A DNA stretch of 64,000 nucleotides from Octopus sinensis (taxonomy: Eukaryota): contig NW_021831988.1 of NCBI RefSeq assembly GCF_006345805.1, forward strand, positions 62,001 to 126,000. Direction: 5' to 3'. Below, in pieces: positions 37,620 to 49,550 of this stretch. The stretch's first letter is position 1; the number at the start of each line of letters is the position of its first letter. Under the pieces are notes generated by a model. That model saw nothing but the letters and a program-made list of their open reading frames with translations. It was not told where the DNA came from and made no database searches. The position numbers and the translations under genes were made by a program.

Positions 37620-38370
37620 CTCAAAGCATCTCTATTCAATTTATACCTATCCGATATTTCTAACCCTAAAATGGAAGAGTCGATCATTCTCTCCTATGCC
37701 GACGACCTACTCATTGGATTACGTGATCAAGACCTCTCGAAAGCTTCCAAAAGAGCACAAGATCTCTTATTACAAATTCGAACTTGGCTATATCTAAACA
37801 GGATGAACATCTCCCCCAAAAAATCGTCCACTACTTTATTTACGTCGCACAAGAGACTCGGAAGCCGTACTGTTGATCTTTTTCTGGACAACGAAAAGGT
37901 CCCATTCACAAAGAACCCAAAAATTCTGGGGGTCACTTTTGACACCCACATGTGTCTTACTTCCCATCTAGAGAAGGCCATCGAATCCAGTCAGAGAAAG
38001 ATTGGACTAATCAAATTGATATTTGGCGGACTAAAGAAATTGTTCCCGGCTCTCGGCACTCTCTACAAGCAATTCATCGAACCGACAATTGGCTATGCCT
38101 GCGCCGCATGGGGTACTGATCTCTCATGGTCTAACCGCCTTAAAATTGAGACTACACTATGCCGAGCCGCATCTAGCCGAAAGACCAAGACCTTAACAAC
38201 CAGAAGCACATCACCACGATTCAATTCCTCACAAAAACTGTTCCCCGCTCGTCCCGCACTTGCGTTGGGTCCAGAGTCCAACATCGGGAAAAGCTGAGAA
38301 AGATGTTGAGGATTGTTGGAATCACCTAATTAATTACCCTAATTAATTGTTGGTGATTCTTGGGTTAAAT
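37620..38370 (+). mobile_element. 5'-truncated LINE (RT YADD to 3' end)
   Basis: SYADDLLI, KILGVTFD and LYKQFIEPTIGYACAAWG. 3' hairpin gaatcacc..ggtgattc and A-rich end. 22-bp tandem duplication near the 5' junction. Confidence 0.85.
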
Positions 38371-39119
38371 AAAAAAATAGAAGTCAGCCAATGAAACATA
38401 AATAACTTTAATACATCGTGCAACAATATCATTCAAATCCTGCATAGTTTTTTTATAATACGGTGACTGGTCAATTATTATGTTATCCGCTTTGTCAGAA
38501 GTATCAGTATAAATTCGCGGAGTTTTCATGGAACATTTCTTTCTCTTCACCCGAGTGATTTTCTTTCGAAAAAAGATTACGGATTCCTCCATAATGATAA
38601 AATTCGTCTAAATAAATAATTCGAAATCAGCAAACATGCATTGTGGACGTTTCCTTCTCTGTCCCTGTGAGTAATAATATGAAGCTTTAGAAAAAGATCG
38701 AATACAGCTTGTCGGTAGCCAGGTTCCTCAACTATATCAGGTTTTCTTATTTGCAGTATCACAAGATTAGTCGCTTTATTCTGGCGTGTTATTTAACATC
38801 ATTACCAAATTTTTTAAATAAACATGCATCTTCCTTGTATAAATATTATATCGGGCTTATTGATATTGAACATTGTGAGTTTAAGAATATTAATCAAGGC
38901 CCGACTTTTTTATTCAAATCATTTTACTAAATATTGATTTCCATACATATTTAGATCCAAACATTGATATATTCGTACTCCAAAACATGCTTCAAATTGA
39001 TTAATTAAATCAGCAATTATAGATATGTATTCTTCATAAGCAGCGCCTTCATTGTTTTCATATAGTGAATAAAAATGAGATTTATCTCCCCATTTAAGTG
39101 AAGTCATCCATAAATAGAA

Positions 39120-39835
39120 CCGAAATAACCACCGTCGAACATATGCCAACTCGCAAAGATGAGAAGTGGCTAAACGTCCGAAAACTCGGATCTCTTGTTG
39201 GCGATTCCGAAGATATTACCAGACAAAAAATATTATCAACAATTGCACTTAAAAAACTTCAATCTATCTGGATGAGAAAAAATCAAATTTTGACCAAGAT
39301 GCGCCTACGATTATATGATGCATTTGTCCGATCTGTCCTCACGTACAACGCAGGTACTTGGGGAACATCAAAGAAAAACATGGAGCAACTTGACTCTTTC
39401 CACAGGGGTCAACTGAGAAAACTCCTCGGCTATTCGTGGCCGAAGAAAATATCAAATGATAAATTATACAGGTTAGCTAACTGTGGGCCTATAAGTCTAA
39501 ATATACTTGAAACCCGCTGGCGCCTGTTTGAACATATTTTACGAATGAAGAAAGAAACACCTTGCAATATGGCCATGGAAGAATTTTTCGGCCATACTGA
39601 ATACTCTAAATATAGAGGACGTCCAAGGGACTGTCTTCCGGGAATACTTACGAAGGAATATGTTATGATCGGAGGCCGATTGATGGATGCAGACGATCTG
39701 GACGAAATCGGAAAGAGGGCAAGACGACGGAAGGGATGGAAGGGGCTAAGGACAAGAATAGTTAAAAACATGGCACAGGCGAAACCATAAATTTTGTTTA
39801 CTGGCAACGCGAACGTGCATTAACTAACTAACTAA
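39120..39835 (+). mobile_element. 5'-truncated RTE LINE with (TAAC)n tail
   Basis: KLGSLVG..RLYDAFVRSVLTYNAGTW..LDSFHRGQLR..RGRPR, followed by taactaactaactaa. Confidence 0.88.
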
Positions 39836-40500
39836 TGAATTTGACCGAATTTGTCATCCATCACCAAAACACCTCCATCTGTTGACACATAAATCAATTT
39901 CGAAAGATCAAGACTTGTTTCTTCAAGAACTCGACAAGATGCTTGAAATATGTTCCTTCTTTTTGCAGAGGGGTGAAGTGACGATAATGACAGGAATTCT
40001 TTATAAATAGTAAAATTCGGTAAAAACTTTCTAAAAAACAAATAGTTGTTCTGCATCGCTTATATCTTTGGAACAGTCAAGAGCCAAGGAGTAGTAATAA
40101 ACAAATTTTTTGCAGCACTAATAATAATTTACTTTAACAAATTACAATATAAGCTGGTTCTAATATTAATTTTATTTTTCTCGTAACAGTATCATTACTT
40201 AGTGTTAATTTTCTAGCAATGTCTTGTATTGTATAACATTCATTGGCAAATATCTGAATTGTTTCCTTGAATAATTCGTTATCATTATAGGGCTTCATAT
40301 GTGATTTAATCAAATGGCATATTTTCAACGAAGCCATTGTTGTATCATTGTTAGTTGGCCGCATATACCAATCATCAATTATTTAAAACCGCTGCTATAA
40401 AGACTATGCGCTAGGAATAGTAAATATACTGATCATCAATTATTATAAATTGATTCGTTTTTTTCATAAGTTTGTATTTTTCAGATTTTAGATGTACAGT
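39836..40500 (-). mobile_element. hAT (Buster/GTF2IRD2-like) transposase relic
   Basis: ASLKICHLIKSHMKPYNDNELFKE..LSNDTVTRKI and LDLSKLIYVSTDG. Confidence 0.7.
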
Positions 40501-40659
40501 AAAGTCTCTCAAATCCGGCTCCCATCTGATAACTGCAAGAAAAATATATTTAAATGGAAAAATCCTGATATCCGCCACAAATAATCAAAGATTTTTTTAA
40601 TCAATTCGGAAATTTTGACGTTAATAGAGCTATTGGTTTAAATGAAACAAGTAAGGCCC

Positions 40660-41030
40660 TTTTTTTATAGATTCTGTCATTCTTTATAACCGCCACATTT
40701 TTAGAAGTCTTAATTTTGGCAGATATAAAACTTTAAGTAGTTGTAACTGTTTGTTAGAATAGTACATTTACAAGATTTTTGTATTCACTGTCAATTTTCA
40801 CAAAACCTAAAGATTGAGACTATAATGATATAATAAAATCTATTCGGAAAAGCCATTTTTTAGTTAAAGTTACATTAAAATCTGTCTCATAATGAATTAT
40901 TTTCGTTTTTAATTCAATGTTAAATTGAAGGTCATTCTGTCAAGTATGTAGAATTTACATACTATCATTGTTATGTGATTATCTACATTGTAGATTATCT
41001 ACAATCTGTTCCTTACCAAACATAATGATT
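40660..41030 (+). pseudogene. Decayed tandem duplicate of PRCP 5' exons
   Basis: acaatctgttccttaccaaa(a)cataa occurs at about 41001 and again inside PRCP at about 41608. Upstream NSTFTRFLYS resembles PRCP NDTFSLRYLYS. Confidence 0.45.
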
Positions 41031-41205
41031 TGAGATTAGTTAGATGGTATTGCATAGCCCAAGAGGGTTTTGATGGATTAAGGCATATTGTTAATCGATC
41101 ATTAATTATTCAATTTTAATTTTGTTATTTTAGATTTAGGTTTAAAATTTTTAATATTACATGTTAACCATGATAGAAATAAAATTCACAAATTGATAAA
41201 ATTTA

Positions 41206-42800
41206 ATGTTTTCATTTTTAATTTGTTACTTTTTTTACAATCAGTACTACACAAGGCAAACCTATGTCGCTAGTTTTCAAGTACAAAATAAATCTGCAGA
41301 CGTTCCAATGGAATATGAAGAAAATTTTTTCATAACTCGAGTATTGTTGTAATTGGATCTGTTGTTTAGGTTGATCATTATGGTTTCGAAAACAATGACA
41401 CATTTTCTTTAAGATATCTTTATTCAAATAAGTATTCCAGACCAGGAGGACCAATTTTTTTCTATGCTGGAAATGAAGGTCCCATTGAGGATTTTGTTCG
41501 AAATACAGTTTGTTAAAAATATCCGTAAATACGAATCAGGGCTTTATTTGGGAATATGCTTCCGAATTCAACGCAGAAATTCTTTTTGTAGAACATCGTT
41601 ACTATGGACAATCTGTTCCTTACCAAAACATAACACGAGTTTATTTATTTTATGATGGTTAGAATGATGGGGAATTGTTGAACTATTTAACTGTGGAGCA
41701 AGTAATGTCTGACTATATCGACCTCCTCTCTACATTGTACCCCAACAGACCAGTCATTGCAATCGGAGGATCATATGGGGGGATGTTAGCAGCCTGGATG
41801 AGGATGAGATATCCCGATATTATAACAGGGTTTACTAACGTATTCTCAAAATAGAGCACTTGCCTCATCAGCGCCCATTTACCAATTTGAGGAATTTTCA
41901 GACTGTACGGGTCCCTATAATACGGTCACCTCAAGTTTCGCCAATAATTTTCCCGAATCAGCAATAAACATCAGGAACATGTGGGACACGTTTGATTCTC
42001 GTGGTGATATACAAACACAATAATTTATAGATAATGAATATTTAGAATTTTTGTGGCAGAAATTGCAGTTATGTGATTACAACGGCAAGAGCGTTTCTGA
42101 TTTGATGTATTTTTTGAATTTGATATTTTTCAATTCTGCAATGTTGAATTATCCAACACCATCGAGTCTTATGCTGCAATTACCGGCTTATCCTGTCTAT
42201 GTACTCCTCGCTTTACATATTCTTAGTGGATTTCCAGTTTCTTTTCAGTTCCTAATATGACGAAAGATGATTACATCCAAGCAATCCAACTTACACTGGA
42301 TCTTTATTTTAACTATACCGGAGATAGTCCCAACTGCTACAACTTAATGTCCGTGAATGGAGACGTAGGTGATTTCATGTGGGACTACCAGGTCGTCTTG
42401 TTCACTTAATTCTTAGTATTGTACGGAAATGAACATGTATATTTGCTCAAGGGAAAGTCCAAAAAATATGTTCCCGCCGGAAATATACAACAAAACTGCA
42501 GATACCGAATGGTGCCAGAATTACTTTGGAGTCACTCCAGATCCCTCTTGGCTTCCGAGAGAATTCAACGATATAAACTTGACATCTTTCAGCAATATAA
42601 TCTTTAGCAACGGAGAATTTGATCCTTGGATGACTGGTGGAGTACTAGAAGATATTAACGACAGCGTCGTGTCAATTTTTATAGAAGGGGGAGCTCATCA
42701 TGTTGATTTGAGGACATCGTCGCCAAATGATCCTCCTAGTCTGATTAGGGCAAGACAGAGGGAATTGGAACTATTTCGTCAATGGATTGATTCATACTAA
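41206..42800 (+). CDS. PRCP: Lysosomal Pro-X carboxypeptidase (peptidase S28)
   Basis: GGPIFFYAGNEG, EHRYYGQS, catalytic GGSYGGMLAAWMRMRYP, SNIIFSNGEFDPW and GAHHVDLR. Introns of 24-32 nt. Confidence 0.92.
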
Positions 42801-42882
42801 CTAATAATAACACTTAACTAAATATTCGTTACTCGATTATATCAAAAAAATGGTTAATAAAATACAAATTGGCTGCTATATA

Positions 42883-44102
42883 CAGTGAATCCTCGCAAAT
42901 TGGCCACCTCGCAAATTGGCCAATTTTTAAATTGGCCAATTTTTTCACAATTTACTAAGAAAAAAATTAATTTTCTTAGTAATTATTATTTTTTTTAATT
43001 AGAAAATAAACTATTTTTTAATCACATGTCTTATAAAATTTCTCGTGGACGTTATACTCGGCTCACTTTTCTTGAAAAAAACACAAATTATAAACTACAA
43101 GGAAGAAAATGACAGTGTTTCGTGTCAGCTTCTGGCTGACAGATTCTCACATTTATTCCACAAGACGATCTCGAGAAAGACGATCAATAATCTACTGCTT
43201 AATAAAGACTCTATTTTACGGGATTCGAAAATCTATCAAAATTCGTATAAAGCTGCTCACAAACCAAAATTTCCTACGCTTGAAGAAAAATTGATCGAAT
43301 GGATGGATACAATAGAGTCTAAAGGTATTAATTGAAAACCAATTTTTAGGTGGTTTTTTGAATGATTCCTTAATATCGTGTAAGGCTGCGCATTTTGCCG
43401 AAGAGCTACAACTTAGTAACTTTAAAAATTCTAATGGATTTCTGGCAAAATTCAAAAAGAGACACGGTTTTAGAATGCTAAAATTACATGGAGAGATGCG
43501 AACAGATAAAGTAGTTGACATTAATTCTTTTCGTGAAGAATTTAAAGAAATTTCTAAATCGTATAAGCCTGATCTAATTTATAATTTGGATGAAACTGCA
43601 TTATACTACAAGCTTATTCCATCGAAAAGCGTATGCAGAAACCGATTCCAAGGATACAAAAATTTTAAAGACCGTGTGTCTATTATGCTTTGTTCAAACA
43701 TGACCGGAAGTCATAAATTGAAACCTGTGATGATTGGAAAACCAAAAATGATTGGAAAACTTGTTTACAAGAGGATCAAGAGTCTGAAATTAGCGACGAA
43801 GAGACAAAATCATATATCCACTCGATAGAAAAGATATTGCAAAGACATTAACTAGAATAGAAAGGCAACTTTACTGTAATGCAGAAAATGAGAATGATGT
43901 TTCGCTGATTACTGCAATAAGAAAATACAAAGAAAATGTAAAAAGAGCAAATAAAAAGGAATTAGGGATTGAATTTTATTTTAATAAATTTAAACGTGTT
44001 TATTTTATTTTTTAAATATTGATTTTTTTCAAATTGGCCATTTTCTCAAATTGGCCATAAAATCTCTATGTACCAAAAATGGCCAATTGCGAGGATTCAC
44101 TG
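42883..44102 (+). mobile_element. pogo/Tigger element with internally deleted transposase
   Basis: TIR cagtgaatcctcgcaa and TA TSD. CENP-B HTH (FPTLEEKLIEW..FKNSNGFLAKFKKRHG) and IYNLDETALYYK. The second half of the DDE domain is missing. Confidence 0.92.
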
Positions 44103-44166
44103 TACTTTGAATATATTTCGGAATTATTTTATCATAGAAACAAGAATTGAAAAAAAATTTAAAAAG

Positions 44167-45977
44167 TCACTCATTTAATAAATCGAATTTGTCGAGATAC
44201 TGTTTGGTTAATGTGCTCATATTTCCTGCCGATATTCCGTAATAAGTAATATCTTGAATTGTAGATTCATTCTACATTAAATAAATCAATTTCAAACTGA
44301 AATTTGGTTTGAATAATTTGAGGGGTTCTCGCTCTGCCGAGAATCACAAAATTGATTTTTCTTGTTTTCACGAATATTTCTATGGTTCTCAATAGTTTTA
44401 GTTTCTTGGTTAATTAACTGTCGTTTTAATTTGTTTTGTTCGATGTTTTCTACTTTTTTCTTTGAATGTTAAATTTTATGAACTACAAGAAGGTGTTGGT
44501 AATATTCCGTTTCTTGCTCTTTTTCTTGTTTTAATTTTAACCTTTCGGCATCTTTTTGCGAATCGTTCTTAACAAAAGGCCGAATATTTGTCAAGAAATT
44601 ATCTTCAAATGTAGTACTGTGTATACTTGCTGTTTTATGCAAAGAAAATCTATTATTAAATCAAACTAACATACTTTGAAAGGTTTTCAGTGACTGAATC
44701 TGGGTCGAGTCCAATAAAATTGATCAAACAATTCCAAAAATCGTCCCATTTATACATTTTGTTGCTTCGATTTATTTCTCCAGTACATATATTGTTGCTG
44801 CTCAATGTTGAGATTTCTCCAAAACTTGAAACTTTGAAATCTCCCTGCCGATTAAGTTTTGATTTTAACCATATTTTGCGGTAGCGGGATCTCCCTTGGA
44901 AAAGGTTCTCGGTTATATTTTAGACTTTTTTAAATAAATATTATTACCTAGTTTTTTGATCTAAGAAAAGGGTGATCTGGGAACGAGAATCATTCTATAA
45001 TTTTGCCAAATTACAAAACTTTTGAATTTTGAATAGAAATATTGCCCGTATACAAATTCCAGTCAGACTTATCAGGTGACAATGAACGTTCAAAACATTC
45101 ATAAAAATATGGTCGAAATTTCCGGTCTCGAAACTGAAACAAGACAAGTAAAAATGGACTAATAAATTCAAAGTTTTGAAAAAATACTCTTTGGATTCAG
45201 TGTTGTGTAATCGCCAATTTGTATATTTTATCAAACTCAAGTAAACATCGACATCCTCGGGAGTAAATTTTGAAACTGTCCACCTTAAATAGACTTAACT
45301 GGAACTTACAATCCAATAATAGGTACACGACGACTTTGAGGATCAGAAGGAAGCATCATTATGACTCGGTTTGTTTTGGAGGGATCAGTTGTGATAAAAC
45401 TAGACAATACGACTTAACCATACCCAAATGACAGTTCTTGGGTGATTGAATCGTCTTGCAGTGCTCGGGAAAGAGTTGTATCGAGTATTAACAATGGCGA
45501 CAGTTCTTGGACTGTAAATTCTTTAGAATAAGTCCAGACAAATATTTGTAAAGTTCCAAAGTTTTGCATTGAGGAGGAAAATGAAGCCGAAATTTCAAAA
45601 ATTTCACTCAAACTTTGTTTTTGCAAGTCTTTTAAGTTTATTTTGGGTTGGTTGTGAGTCGAAATGAACTTTTGGTCAGAATTTATTATTTCGAGAATAA
45701 TTTGTTTACTCTTATTGTTGATAAGATTGCAATTTTTGAATAAATCATACTCCAAATGAATTATAATGTCCTTAGTATTGGTCGCAGAAAAAGTCGCCTC
45801 TAACCGCAAGTCGTAGTTAGTTTCATTTGGCTGTATTTTATTCAATTTTTTAATCAGATTTTGGGAGATTTGGACAATAATATTTCTACTCGCATTTTAA
45901 AATGTTCAAAAGTACCTATCAATTATACTTTGAGATATTTTTATCGCATTTAAGTATTTTAAATCACATCTCAACAT
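44167..45977 (-). CDS. STIL: STIL/SIL centriole assembly protein, miniaturised (about 500-520 aa)
   Basis: Spliced product contains TTLSRAL..SFGFITTDPSKTNRVIMMLPSDPQSRRVPIIGLW (human [38 protein letters not shown]) and ends GISAGNMSTLTKQYLDKFDLLNE (STAN motif, human [20 protein letters not shown]). About 10 micro-introns. Confidence 0.8.
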
Positions 45978-45988
45978 GCTATGATGCA

Positions 45989-46001
45989 GTTGCTTAGTAA
46001 C
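45989..46001. promoter_or_regulatory. Candidate RFX X-box just upstream of the STIL start codon
   Basis: GTTGCTTAGTAAC fits GTNRCN(0-3)RGYAAC and lies 11 nt upstream of the predicted ATG at 45977. Confidence 0.45.
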
Positions 46002-46039
46002 CAGAAATCAAAAAATTGACCAATTAGACAAACAAGGAA

Positions 46040-47072
46040 TTTCACTCAGGAAAATGCCTTATCTCCGTAAACTTGCTGAAAATATTATTATTCCTTCTTT
46101 TAAAATTTTGTCAAAAAAATATTCTGGAGAACAATCCTTCTGAGATTATAAAAACTTGCCTCTCAGTAAGGATACAGTTAATAGAAGAATTGATGAAGTG
46201 GCCATACAAAACGAGGACGTAGAGACAAATTAACTTTTCACTTCAAATCGATGAGTCGCTAATTTTAGATAATTAATCAGGTTTGATGTGTTATGTCAGG
46301 TACAATCCACGATGGATAATCAATTCATTTATTGTCAACATAGTTGAGTGTCCAATTCATTTGCGGAAAAAATTAATTCTTTGACCAAGAACACGACCAA
46401 GAACACGAATTCAGACACGAAAATTGTGAAATTTCAAAATTTTGGCAAAATAAAAATATAGAAGAGAATTTTTTTAGTTTTTGAATGAAATAACTCCTAT
46501 TTATCATGTTTTCCCTCTTATTTAGCCGAAAGGAAATCAGCCAATTAAAACAAATTCTACTATGGTGAAAAATACGTTAAATATATGTAATCGTGGAGAT
46601 ATTCGACTCAATCTGAAATGTATAAAACCAGATTATGAAGCTCTATAAAATAAACATCATTCAATGGGCACATTAATTAAATTAAGCCACGCGAGGTTTC
46701 GTGGCTATTGCAGCGGATATCCATCGCCATTCTCCGTGGCAACACGCATGCGGTACTTTCCGCAGGAGGGTGCGTGCTTTAGCCCCCCGGAATTTCCCCT
46801 CTGTACATTCCTAACTTAATTTGTTTTCTCTATCTTAAATAATTAGATTGAATAAATCATACTCCAATTAGATTAAATTAATTGTCGTATTTTTTTCAAT
46901 TTTCATTTCTTTCATAAGAAAATTAACTATTGATTCAAATTTTATAAAAAATTTTTTACATTAATACATTATTATTATTACATCACAACGATAATTATTG
47001 GGCAATGAAATATTTGGTTAAGTGATAAAAGCTCAAAAAGGGCGACAAGTAAAAAAGGTTGAGAATCACTAG
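46040..47072 (+). mobile_element. hAT Buster-type relic
   Basis: LPLSKDTVNRRIDEVA..FSLQIDES..LMCYVRY, C-terminal RGDIRL..KPDYEAL and 3' TIR-like aggttgagaatcactag. Confidence 0.7.
46686..46812 (-). mobile_element. Short GC-rich insert, probably the 3' end of a CRE-like retroelement
   Basis: Minus frame NVQRGNS resembles the RLE C-terminal QRGN motif. Terminal hairpin gccacg-aaacctcg-cgtggc and a TAAT-rich tail. Confidence 0.45.
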
Positions 47073-47288
47073 TCGAAAGGATAGTCTGTGGATTACGAAA
47101 AAGTCAATGCTGATAATCACAACCAATCGACTTCAATAAAGAAGTTTCAAAGATTATAGCTACCAAAGTTGTGAACTTATTTCCCGAATTAATCAACTCG
47201 GTATTTCCCCAAGTATAATCACGTCACAATCAAGTTAAAAGAAAATAACCAGATTAGAAATAAATTTATTAACTAGACCAAATATTAA

Positions 47289-48867
47289 CTAGAATCGCTG
47301 ATTTAAAAGAATATCAATGGCCATATTGATATCTCCAGAAACACGGTCAAGAACTAGAATAGCCAGACACAGCAACCTTGAATGTTCATCTCAGTATTAA
47401 TAAATCCCATTGCCGCAAGTTGCTGTAGTTGTGATGCATATCTCTCGCGAGGAGGCTGAGTAACGACGGGCCGAGATATATTCTGCTGTCCACTGTTAAA
47501 TATTGCAGACATGTCAGTAAGGCCACTCACAAACTGAGGAGCCTCGGCTGCCAATTCCTGCATTCCTTCCTGAACTTTAAGAAGTGCAGCCATAGCACGA
47601 GGATTGGACAACATTTGCTGAACAGTCGGATTCCTCATTTGTTGAAGCATTATCGGCATATTGTTTATAATCTGTTCTTTTAACTGAGGATTGGAGGCTG
47701 TGGCAGGCATAGAGTCGACCATATTCCTCAGCATTTCAGGATTGGACGAGAATGACTCCAACATGGACGACATGTAAGACGACTGCATCATATTTCTCAT
47801 AAAGTCAGGATTCTCCATTGCCTGCTGCACAAAACTCTCCAATCCAGCATTCCCCACTCTCCTATCTTCAAATATTAAGAAATAAACACAACCCGACTGC
47901 TGACTGGTGTTCGGGGCAGGAGTGCTTGCCCACAAATTCGGCAGTGGCTGGTTCATTGAATCTCCGGGGACTGTTGGTGGAGGAATGTTAGTCTGAGACT
48001 GTCTCTGAGAGGACATTTCTGCCACTGCCTGTCTCATTGGTTCTTCAACATCGGCATACATTCTCTGCAGTTCCCCCATTCCACCAGGAATATTCTACCC
48101 TCATCAAATAAACCCAACTTCCAAGTTTGACAAAGATCGGTCGTAATTTCTCATCATTTCTGCCAACATTGAAGGATTGTTGGCCAATTCCAGAGTTTCT
48201 CTCATCATTTCCGGATTGTTGATTGCATGAGCCAAATCAGGGTTGTTCTAAAAAGTCAGATTAGTGGATTACGTCGAGGATTTCCCTCAGTTGGGGATTC
48301 GTCTGCATTATCGACTGCAAAGTCTCAGGGTTGCTGAACAAATTCTGAACCACTGGACTTTCCATTAAATTTCTGAAGGATTCGGGGTTTGCCATCAGCT
48401 ATGAGACTCAAGGGGGACAAACTGACCTCTCTAGTCATTCTTTGCTGTAATTCTGAGAAATTGTGAGACCCGAAACCCATATTTTGTAATCCTTGGACTC
48501 CTCCCAAATTTCCAAGATTGAATGGAGAATTTTGGACGTTGGGGGGCTGTGTTGTGGAAGGATTTGGTGTCTGCTTTGGCTGGGAATTGGACTGAGATTT
48601 GATCCAAATTAGAATTGTGTCGTTGTCGGCTACTCCTGAAGCACTGACGGATTGGGCATCTTCTTTGAGGACTCGTCCTTTGTGAATTAAGACCACCATT
48701 GGGAAAGGAGCTGAATATTTTTCTGAAAGGGTTTTTCGGAGCTGAATTGGTTTTAGTATTTATATTACCTCTCCTATTGACTTTTGAGAATCGAATTGAA
48801 TGTTCGAAGGTGGAGAAACACCACATTTTATATTAATAGAAATTGTTGAACCACCAGAAGCTTCCAT
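47289..48867 (-). CDS. UBQLN1: Ubiquilin (UBL-STI1-UBA)
   Basis: [18 protein letters not shown]1 repeats ([51 protein letters not shown]) and [17 protein letters not shown]. Six introns of 23-28 nt. Confidence 0.93.
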
Positions 48868-49313
48868 TACGATAGTCGATTAATATTTATTTAATTACAT
48901 TATTATGTTTAAATTAATTTAATAATAATTTTACAAATTTTTTATTAAATTATCAATAAATTAATATTAAATTAGATTAATGACATAATTGAGACTTTAT
49001 TTATTTTGGTAACACATGTGGTTTAGTGAGCTAATTAGTGACGTATGTAATATGCCACCAAAAGCTTGTTAAAAATATACAAGTTGTCTTTTCATTAAAG
49101 TTTAAGATTTGTTATCTCATATCCTATTTACTGATTTCTTCCTGATTTATATTAATCAATATAACAAGGAAATTGTCTGACATTTATTAAATAAAGGAAA
49201 CAAATTTTTATGTTCATCATTCGAAATACCTATTTGGAGTTTAAAATGTTTTGTTGGCTTTAAATAAACTTTTTGGTTTTTTAAAAGGTGTTTTTCTCAC
49301 TAAAATTTTTCTG

Positions 49314-49550
49314 TAATTGGTCAATTGTTTGATTTCTGGTTACTAAGCAATATAGTTTAGTATGTTGATATGTGATTTGAAATACTTAAACAAGTTATCA
49401 ATTTAAAATTGTTAGCATAGAAAAAAATTTAACAGTATAATTGATATTGAACATTTTAAATGTAAATACAAATATTATTGTCCAAATCTCTCAAAATCTA
49501 ATTAAAAATTGATAAAAATACATTCAAATAAAACTAACTGGGACTTGTTT
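49314..49550 (+). pseudogene. Inverted partial duplicate of the STIL promoter and first exons
   Basis: taattggtcaattgtttgatttctggttactaagcaa..aaatattattgtccaaatctctcaaaatctaattaaaaattg..aaactaact is colinear with the reverse complement of about 45800-46026. Confidence 0.8.
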
